From the IMG/VR virus record IMGVR_UViG_3300011116_000655, positions 1 through 64,000 of that record: 64,000 nucleotides of DNA; one strand, written 5' to 3'. Shown one piece after another: positions 57,023-64,000 of the stretch (the stretch's first letter is position 1; every line of letters starts with the position of its first letter). The notes below the pieces were generated by a model. It had not been told where the DNA came from and did not search any database. It was given only the letters and a program-made list of their open reading frames with translations. Both the position numbers and the translations under genes were made by a program. This DNA comes from a virus.

Positions 57023-59191
57023 TTATTTTAATGGTACTCCAAGTGCTTGTGGTGATAAATTAGAACCACCATTCATAACTTTATTAACAATACCTTTTAT
57101 TGGTTCGTTACCTAAATAAACTTTAACTTCTGGTGCAGGTTGGTTAATCATAGGTGATACGGTAACATTAGGTTGTTGTGGTGACATAATGCTAACAAGT
57201 TGATTTGCTTTTTCTGTATTTAGATTATTAATTGAATCAACAGATTGTTTAGTTGCATCAGTTATTTTACTTGTTACTTCCATACTTGTATTTAGTTTAT
57301 CAAGTTGAGGAGTTGTTACAGAAATACTATCTGGTAATGCTTCAAAGCTTGATGCAATACCTTTTACAGATCCTTCAAACTTATTCATGTTTCCTAGTGT
57401 TCTATTCATTTGACCATCTAAACCACTTAGAGAAGAAGTCATACCACCAAATACGCTAGGCATCTCATTTAAAACATCAAACAAAATTGGAGAATGTGGT
57501 TTTAAAATTATGTCATGTAGGTATTCAAACGCTAAACCTAGTGCATAAATTGCTGCTCCTAACCACCCTACAGGAGTAAAAATTAAACCAATAGCAAGAC
57601 CTATTTTAAGTAAAAATCCACCTATAGGATTATCAACCAACATTGTAAACATTGAAATCAATCCACTAACAGCATCAACAACTGGACCCATAACAATAGC
57701 TAAATTTGCCATTAGTAATTGTATTTTTTCTTGAATTGGTATTGATCTTTGAATTGCATCATTTAATAATTGTTGTTGATTTGCTCTTTCTGCGTCTGCC
57801 GCTGCTGCTCTTTCTGCTTCGGCATTTGTCATTGATAAAATACGACTTGCTTCTTCAACAGATTTGAAATTACCAGCATCTGCTATTAATTTCTTTTCAT
57901 AAAAAGACATTTGATTAAAAGCTAAACCTGCATCGTTTAATCTTGTTCTTAGTAAATCAATTGCTCTTGATGGGTCTTCTGCTGATGCTTCAAGAAGTTC
58001 CATAGCATTAACAAAACCACCACCAAGAGCAGCATTAAGCTTACCAGCAGCAGTAGCAGCACCTTCAAATGTTTGAAACTTTTCTGTTATTCTAAGAAGA
58101 TCATTAAGAGCAACACCAGTTCCTTTTGCTTGAATTTCAAGATTTTTAAATACATCAAGCATTTTGTCGCCATAACCACCCAATCTTTCAGAAGCAGCAG
58201 CAAAATCAGATGCAACTTGTGTTGGTGATCTTCCTATAGCCAAAGCAAATCCAGCAAGTTTCTCAGAAGTCTTTGCAGCTTGAGATTCTGTCATTCCCAT
58301 TATTTGAGTTAAACTAGCAATTTGTTTAGCACTTTGTTGAGATGAAATACCAAGCTTTTCTAATTTTGCAGTAGATACAACTAATTCTTCTTGAACTTTT
58401 TGATTAAGGTTTGAGAACGTATTTAGTTCTGTATACAAACCTTCAATTGCTTTACCAGCTTGTGCAAACGAAATACCATAAGCAGTTGCGCCTCTTGCTG
58501 TGTTGTTTAAAACAGATTGTAATTGTGCATTTGCTCCTGCTACTTTTGATAATGACGCAGCAGCTTGATCGTATTGTTTAAATGCCTCCATAGTTTGTTT
58601 TACAACTTCTTGTGCAAGTGTAATACCAATCATACTAAACGTGCCTTTAACACCACCACCAAACTTATCTATACTTTCACCAACTTGTCCAAATACTTGT
58701 TTTGGATTTTTGAACATTTGATAAACTAAATCGCTTTTTTTACTTTCATCAAATCCAAGAAGATTACCTAATTTATTACCAGCACCTTTTGCTCTACCAA
58801 AATCTTTTTCTGTTTCCACTATTTCATCTAGATCACCAGAAAGTTTCTTTAAATTTTCTAAATCATTCTCACTTATAGATCCATTATCTTTTTTTAGTTT
58901 GTTTATTCTTTGTAATTCATCAGCAATTTTTTTATTTATTTCTGCTTTTTTTAATTCATTCTCTATTTCAAGTTGTGCAAGAGATTCTGAATCATTATAA
59001 ATTGATTTAATAAACTGTTGTTGTAATTTTAATTTTTCAATTTCTTTATCTAGGTATTCTACTCTTGAAGCACTACCAATTATGTCAACCGACGAAACAG
59101 GCGTAGCAGTAGTACCACCAGATGTTTGTTGTACCTTTTGTGAAATTGCTGCTACTAAACTTTCAATAATAAGATTTATGTCGTCTGCCAT
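57023..59191 (-). CDS. Tail tape measure protein
   Basis: Long Ala-rich helical protein with a hydrophobic segment, downstream of tail chaperones. Confidence 0.8.
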   Translation of the reverse strand: MADDINLIIESLVAAISQKVQQTSGGTTATPVSSVDIIGSASRVEYLDKEIEKLKLQQQFIKSIYNDSESLAQLEIENELKKAEINKKIADELQRINKLKKDNGSISENDLENLKKLSGDLDEIVETEKDFGRAKGAGNKLGNLLGFDESKKSDLVYQMFKNPKQVFGQVGESIDKFGGGVKGTFSMIGITLAQEVVKQTMEAFKQYDQAAASLSKVAGANAQLQSVLNNTARGATAYGISFAQAGKAIEGLYTELNTFSNLNQKVQEELVVSTAKLEKLGISSQQSAKQIASLTQIMGMTESQAAKTSEKLAGFALAIGRSPTQVASDFAAASERLGGYGDKMLDVFKNLEIQAKGTGVALNDLLRITEKFQTFEGAATAAGKLNAALGGGFVNAMELLEASAEDPSRAIDLLRTRLNDAGLAFNQMSFYEKKLIADAGNFKSVEEASRILSMTNAEAERAAAADAERANQQQLLNDAIQRSIPIQEKIQLLMANLAIVMGPVVDAVSGLISMFTMLVDNPIGGFLLKIGLAIGLIFTPVGWLGAAIYALGLAFEYLHDIILKPHSPILFDVLNEMPSVFGGMTSSLSGLDGQMNRTLGNMNKFEGSVKGIASSFEALPDSISVTTPQLDKLNTSMEVTSKITDATKQSVDSINNLNTEKANQLVSIMSPQQPNVTVSPMINQPAPEVKVYLGNEPIKGIVNKVMNGGSNLSPQALGVPLK

Positions 59192-59193
59192 TT

Positions 59194-60336
59194 TTAAACC
59201 TCACTATTCTTTATGTTTGCTAAGACTTTCCAACGGTTTATAATTGATTCTGATAAATGGTCAGGTCTTTGCTCCCTTGATTTAGTATGTATTAATCTAA
59301 GTACTTCACTAGCTAAATTTTCTAATTGTCCAATTTTTTGCTTAAGTAAGTTTTTTTGTTTAAATAAATTAAGACTTGGTTTTTTAAATTCTTTTAAATC
59401 TGGTTCTAATTTATTTGTTATTAAAGTTTCAATGTCTGTATTTCCATCAATAATACTCTTGATTATAAGCAGTTTAATTTCTAATCCTAATAAAAATAAA
59501 TACTTACCCTCTGGTGTTTCATTTGATTTAGCTCTTAGTCTTTTATAATTTAATCCTCCAATAAGAGTACCTAGACTAATTGTACCTAAAAGGATAGATA
59601 AACCAGTAATTGGATCTAACACTTCAGACACAAGACCAGCAAGATCATTAGCAAGATCTTGTCTTCTTTGCTGTTTTCTTTGATCCATAAAAATCTTATC
59701 TGATAATTGTTGAATTTTATTTTCAATTTGTTCATAAACAGATTTAAAATTTTGGTTAGATTTTAAAAATTCAACTGTTTTTTCAACAAAATTTATAAGA
59801 TTGTTTTGATCTCTAAAATCAACATAATTTTGTACTTGAGACAATAAATCTACATAGTTAATTTCATCTGATACTTCCTCTACAGGTACTGGCGTTGCAG
59901 CCTCCTCTGTTGGTGCATCTTCTGGACCTAAAGGTACAGTTATTGCAGTTGTAGAAGTTGATTGACCTTTTTTCTTTTGTTCTTCGTTATAAGCTAAAGT
60001 ATTTAAAGTAGAAAAAATTGGTGATGTTTTAGGTATAGGTAAGCCTATACCATTAGGTAACCAGCCACCATTTGCATTTGCTTTGTATTTAACATCCTTT
60101 AATTGAATTTCTGTTCCTATTTCTGGTTTCCAGTTGGAAGGTACAGTACCTTTTGGTTTGGTTTCTTCTGGTTCTTGTTGTGATTGAGAAGATTCAGTAT
60201 CAGTAACAGGAGTTTCTTCTTTAGGTGATTTAGACTTTATTTTAGTTTGTGGGTTATAATAACTTCTAATTGCTTGCGTACCAGCAGCGGCAGTACCAGC
60301 TTTTGTTTTTTGTTCTTTTATTATTATCTTTATCAT
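59194..60336 (-). CDS. Tagged late protein inserted in the tail operon
   Basis: Own late motif 5 nt upstream; TM segment; C-terminal ESIINRWKVLANIK. Confidence 0.7.
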   Translation of the reverse strand: MIKIIIKEQKTKAGTAAAGTQAIRSYYNPQTKIKSKSPKEETPVTDTESSQSQQEPEETKPKGTVPSNWKPEIGTEIQLKDVKYKANANGGWLPNGIGLPIPKTSPIFSTLNTLAYNEEQKKKGQSTSTTAITVPLGPEDAPTEEAATPVPVEEVSDEINYVDLLSQVQNYVDFRDQNNLINFVEKTVEFLKSNQNFKSVYEQIENKIQQLSDKIFMDQRKQQRRQDLANDLAGLVSEVLDPITGLSILLGTISLGTLIGGLNYKRLRAKSNETPEGKYLFLLGLEIKLLIIKSIIDGNTDIETLITNKLEPDLKEFKKPSLNLFKQKNLLKQKIGQLENLASEVLRLIHTKSREQRPDHLSESIINRWKVLANIKNSEV

Positions 60337-60354
60337 GTTATTAAATAGTTTATT

Positions 60355-60381
60355 AAAAAATAAAGGGGCTGTTAACCCCTT
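60355..60381 (-). terminator. Intrinsic terminator
   Basis: AAGGGG/CCCCTT stem followed by TATTTTTT. Confidence 0.6.
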
Positions 60382-60384
60382 GTA

Positions 60385-60577
60385 TTATCTTTTCTTTGAA
60401 GCTTTTTCAATTGCTTCTGATTCATCTTTTAATTGTTTTGCAAGTCTTTCAACAAACCACATTCTAAGACCAACTGGTAGATTATAGGCTTCAATAAACG
60501 ACCATCCACCATGATACTTTAAAATAAAGAATTGTTCATAAACAACCTTTTGGTATTCTTCACTTAGGCCAAAAAAA
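60385..60577 (-). CDS. Tail-assembly chaperone frameshift extension (gpT-like)
   Basis: Open frame FFGLSEEY...GGWSF.EAYNLP..LR.WF begins at the T7 run; no good start of its own. Confidence 0.7.
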
Positions 60578-61408
60578 GTCCGATGTAAACGGAACCTCCA
60601 ACCTTGTTTCGTAAGAACAAGCTTTACATTCAAAATCATGAGATAAGTCAACATTTGGACTTATTATTTTATAAACTTCTCTTATTGCTCTTGAATCTTT
60701 TGCTGGAAGAAGAGCAGAAGCTTCTGTTATAACTTGTCTATCTTCTTTACCGTTTATTGATTTAATCATAACACTTAGTTGAAGAGTTAAAGAATCTAAT
60801 TCTTTCTTTAATTGTTGTGCTTCTCTTGTTTTTTGTGCTATGAAGTTTTCATCTCTTCCTGTCATTAATTTTAATTCAACTGGAACTTTAAGTATTGGAA
60901 GATTAAACATAAACGTACAGTTTTCTGTTCTTACAATGTTAGACTCATTCAATTCTTCATCGGATACTGGTTCTTTTATGTTAAGAGAATTTAAATCAAA
61001 CTCATACTCTTGTGATTTACCACATGATGGACAGGTTATTTTTGTTTGATAATCTGAACCATAAGCAGACTTTCTTGCTGCCACAATTATTGCATTTTTA
61101 TCACCAACAAGTAATTGTTCTGATCTTATTGATTTATCAAGAATAATGTCTTGCAATACTTTTTCTAATGCAAGACCTTTCTTAAGAAGAGATACGTTTG
61201 TCAAAGTATCTTCATCTTTTGCTGTCATGTATCTTATTTCAATTGTTTGTTTACCGTAAAGTGGGTGTCCTTCTGGATAATACAAACCTTTTGATGGAAG
61301 ATCTATAATTTCTGTTGGTACTACAAAATTTAATGCAGACGTAACAGGACCGTTATCGTCTTGTGGGCTTTTTGTATCCAAACCCAATCTTTCTAGGTTA
61401 TTTCTCAT
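60560..61408 (-). CDS. Tail/baseplate assembly chaperone (T4 gp26-like)
   Basis: LPSKG..YP, MTAKDEDTL, R..AYG, CPSC, CKAC, FFWP. Confidence 0.8.
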   Translation of the reverse strand: MRNNLERLGLDTKSPQDDNGPVTSALNFVVPTEIIDLPSKGLYYPEGHPLYGKQTIEIRYMTAKDEDTLTNVSLLKKGLALEKVLQDIILDKSIRSEQLLVGDKNAIIVAARKSAYGSDYQTKITCPSCGKSQEYEFDLNSLNIKEPVSDEELNESNIVRTENCTFMFNLPILKVPVELKLMTGRDENFIAQKTREAQQLKKELDSLTLQLSVMIKSINGKEDRQVITEASALLPAKDSRAIREVYKIISPNVDLSHDFECKACSYETRLEVPFTSDFFWPK

Positions 61409-61422
61409 TATTCACTCTATTG

Positions 61423-62013
61423 TTATTCTACGCTATACAATTCACACCATTCTGGTATAAATGTTACACTTAACTCATTTGATTCATCGGAAGAATAATC
61501 GTATGCACCAAATGAAATTTTAGTTATTCTTGGATTTAAAATTTTAAATTTTCTTTCTGATAAAATAGATAAATCTTTTATCTCAGTTGTTACTGGCTTT
61601 TCAACTGCAATCGATTGATAAGAACTAATTATTATTTCATTGCAGAAAATTGGTAAGTCTAACATACCAGTTCTATTTACACCATTAACAGTTGAAGAAG
61701 CCAAATAATCAGTAAACATTTTTTGCCAATTAGGAATTTGATCTTGTTGTTCTGTTACTGTATCTACAAATGTAACATTTATTGGCTCCCAATTAATTTC
61801 ACCTTGTTGAAAATAGTGAACATAATTTGAAGCCAAACCTCTTTCAAAATTAAGATTCATTGAAGGGGCATCAATCTTTTTTACAAATAACTTAATGTTT
61901 TGCTCATTTGCAATACCAGACCAACCACCTTTACCAAATTGATTTGTATTAGAAAACTCTGCAATAAATAAATGTTTTTTAGATAATTCAATTCCACGTT
62001 GGGACCAAAACAT
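61423..62013 (-). CDS. Tail tube paralog
   Basis: WEPINVTFVD...FGAYDYSSDE similar to the adjacent tube protein. Confidence 0.75.
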   Translation of the reverse strand: MFWSQRGIELSKKHLFIAEFSNTNQFGKGGWSGIANEQNIKLFVKKIDAPSMNLNFERGLASNYVHYFQQGEINWEPINVTFVDTVTEQQDQIPNWQKMFTDYLASSTVNGVNRTGMLDLPIFCNEIIISSYQSIAVEKPVTTEIKDLSILSERKFKILNPRITKISFGAYDYSSDESNELSVTFIPEWCELYSVE

Positions 62014-62028
62014 TTATTACTCCAATTA

Positions 62029-62646
62029 TTATGGTATTACAGATGAATCAAAACTGGTTTGGGTTATTTGTAGATCTGCCCAATCGTATCTGAATGTAAA
62101 TGAAATCTCATTAATGTCGTCTGATGAATAATCAAGACCACCAAAGTTTACTGATTTTAACCAAGCATTATTAAGAGTCCAAGTTTCAAGAGAATTACCA
62201 TTTGCATCAACTTGAATAATTTGAATTTGATCAAATTGTCTTGTTGCCGTACCTTTTGCCATTGTTCTTAAAGTAGAACCAGTAGCACCACCAGCAAGTG
62301 CAGAACCAGCAGCGGTAGGGGATTGATAACCAGCACGAAGAAGAACGTTATAAATAGAATCTGCTACGTCAGTTGTTGGACCGTTTGGAGTACGTGCATC
62401 ATCATCTCCACCACCAGCAGAACCAGCAGGATCTATTACAGTTGCTGTTACTTCTTTCCAAGTTACTCTACCTGGATAATAAAACTTATGACCAAAGAAA
62501 TCATGTATAGATTCTGTTACGTCAAACGATGGTTTATCGCATTTTTTTGCAATAAAACTTGGTAAATCATCAGATGCTGCTCCAAATCTAATTAAGAACT
62601 TAAACTTTCTTTTTGGTTCTAACGCTGCTTCATTCCAGAATGCCAT
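62029..62646 (-). CDS. Tail tube protein (gp19-like)
   Basis: EPKRKFKF, PGRVTW, WTLNNAW, FGGLDYSSD, FRYDWA. Confidence 0.88.
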   Translation of the reverse strand: MAFWNEAALEPKRKFKFLIRFGAASDDLPSFIAKKCDKPSFDVTESIHDFFGHKFYYPGRVTWKEVTATVIDPAGSAGGGDDDARTPNGPTTDVADSIYNVLLRAGYQSPTAAGSALAGGATGSTLRTMAKGTATRQFDQIQIIQVDANGNSLETWTLNNAWLKSVNFGGLDYSSDDINEISFTFRYDWADLQITQTSFDSSVIP

Positions 62647-62682
62647 TTAAATAATCCTCCAACCTTTTTTAATAAATAGTTA

Positions 62683-64000
62683 TTAATCTATAAATGACGC
62701 ACCAGAATCAGTTATTGTAAAGTCAATTGCAATGAATTCAATTGCTCTTGCTGGTTTCAAGAAGATTTTTGCGTACATTATGTTTCTGTCAACTAAGTCT
62801 GGTGTAGTTGTTGTCTTATCAAGAATTACACGGTAGTCGCTAAGACCCAATCTTGATTTAACTGTAGCAAGGAATGGATTTACTTGACCTGTGAATCTTG
62901 ACCAAGTTACATCTACGTTTTGATCAAACAATAGAGTTGAAGCAATTCTTGAAATTTCTCTCTTAACAAAGATCATCATTCTACGAACATTAATTCTATC
63001 AAGAGCAGATGGTGTAACTTGAAGTGTCTTTTGACCAAAGATTACAATACCTTCTGCTGGAAACTGTGCGATAGGATTGATGTTGGCTTCGTAAAGAGTA
63101 TCACGATCCTTAGAAGAAAGTTTCTCAGTAACACCTATTACTGGAATACCACCACGACCTTCAGTTAAACCACCTCTAGTAAATCCTGCTGGAGCAAACC
63201 AAAGTTCTTGTGTAGCTTGACCATAGGACATAGCACCAAGAGCTACAACAGATGGTGGTACAAATAAAGCTCTATTACTTACAGTATCAGTAACTTGTAC
63301 CCAAGGATAGTATGTTGCGCCGTAGCTGCTATTTAATCCTCTGCCTTTAAGAGCATTAGCAACAGCAGTAGCAGTACCTTGGTATCTACTTTGTCTAGTT
63401 GTTGCAGTACCTTCGGCCTCTGGTTTGTATACGTTTGGAAGGTCAATAATTGCAAGGGCATCTGCTCTAGCTTCGCAAGTAGAGATAAGATGATTTGTAA
63501 GACCTGTGTTTGTTAGACCTGGAACTGTGATTATGTCAGTTACTAATGTTTCTGGGTCTGAACAAGTATCGATTGCACGCTTGTATGTATTGTATACGTA
63601 GCTTGTTGTTTCAGTTGGTGTACCAGTACTTATTAATGAATTTCTTAATGGTTCAGATTCTGTAGCATCGAAGCCATCAAAACCGTTGAAGAGTGGCATT
63701 GTAAATCCATTATAACCTTCATTAAGCACTCCTCTAAATCCACTATTTACGGCTGTCAATGAAGTACCAGCTAGTCTTGATCCAGATACATAAACAGCAC
63801 CTATTGTACCTGCAACTGCGCCAGATACATCATCAAGTGTGAATACAAAAGAATCTTCAAGATAAGATTCACTTGTAAAGCTATAAGTTGAGTATTTGTT
63901 TGCTCTTGTTAAATCATAGTAAGCATTTGTAAATTCATTATTTGCTCCACCATCATCTGTTCTAATACCAAAGTAAACATTTGTTGGATCGCTAAGACCA
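62683..64000 (-). CDS. Contractile tail sheath protein (5' end lies beyond the window)
   Basis: YYPW, WFAPAGFTRG, INPI, GQKTLQ, LDRINVRR, IEFI.IDF. Confidence 0.95.
   Translation of the reverse strand, partial: GLSDPTNVYFGIRTDDGGANNEFTNAYYDLTRANKYSTYSFTSESYLEDSFVFTLDDVSGAVAGTIGAVYVSGSRLAGTSLTAVNSGFRGVLNEGYNGFTMPLFNGFDGFDATESEPLRNSLISTGTPTETTSYVYNTYKRAIDTCSDPETLVTDIITVPGLTNTGLTNHLISTCEARADALAIIDLPNVYKPEAEGTATTRQSRYQGTATAVANALKGRGLNSSYGATYYPWVQVTDTVSNRALFVPPSVVALGAMSYGQATQELWFAPAGFTRGGLTEGRGGIPVIGVTEKLSSKDRDTLYEANINPIAQFPAEGIVIFGQKTLQVTPSALDRINVRRMMIFVKREISRIASTLLFDQNVDVTWSRFTGQVNPFLATVKSRLGLSDYRVILDKTTTTPDLVDRNIMYAKIFLKPARAIEFIAIDFTITDSGASFID

Noticed and set aside
794-62565. Plus-strand ORFs in the track other than 3347-3835
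   Set aside because: Antisense shadows of well-supported minus-strand genes or tRNAs, with no recognisable motifs
1-64000. Stop-codon reassignment
   Set aside because: Long conserved genes are intact in the standard code, all three stops end genes, and no suppressor tRNA was seen
1-64000. CRISPR array, cas genes, DGR or retron reverse transcriptase
   Set aside because: No regularly spaced repeats and no RT or Cas motifs seen

Overview
A 64-kb segment of an AT-rich jumbo myovirus-type phage genome. Nearly all genes are on the minus strand in the standard genetic code; the one convincing plus-strand gene is an HNH nuclease. From right to left (direction of transcription) it contains: a contractile-tail module (sheath, two tube paralogs, tail chaperone with a likely programmed frameshift, tape measure, baseplate genes); replication/recombination genes (short PolA-family polymerase, gp32-like SSB, RecA/UvsX, 5'-3' exonuclease, DnaB helicase, DnaE); nucleotide metabolism (NrdJ, ThyX, dUTPase, PurA, GuaB/GuaC-like enzyme, deaminase, Tdk); proteostasis genes (GroEL, GroES, ClpP, Hsp20, thioredoxin); two giant paralogous proteins; an array of nine tRNAs interrupted by two HNH genes; and a run of small paralogous 'FxIGDLV' ORFs. 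The most notable patterns are: (1) a recurring ACTA(T/A/C)TTA late-promoter candidate that marks single-gene cassettes whose products share short terminal motifs, consistent with capsid-packaged cargo; (2) promoters embedded inside hairpins; (3) a promoter-driven, structured ~215-nt non-coding RNA upstream of tdk; (4) an enzyme and tRNA set that may shift a GC-rich host toward AT-rich synthesis; (5) a degenerate tubulin-like protein. All functional calls come from motif recognition by eye; no database searches were run.
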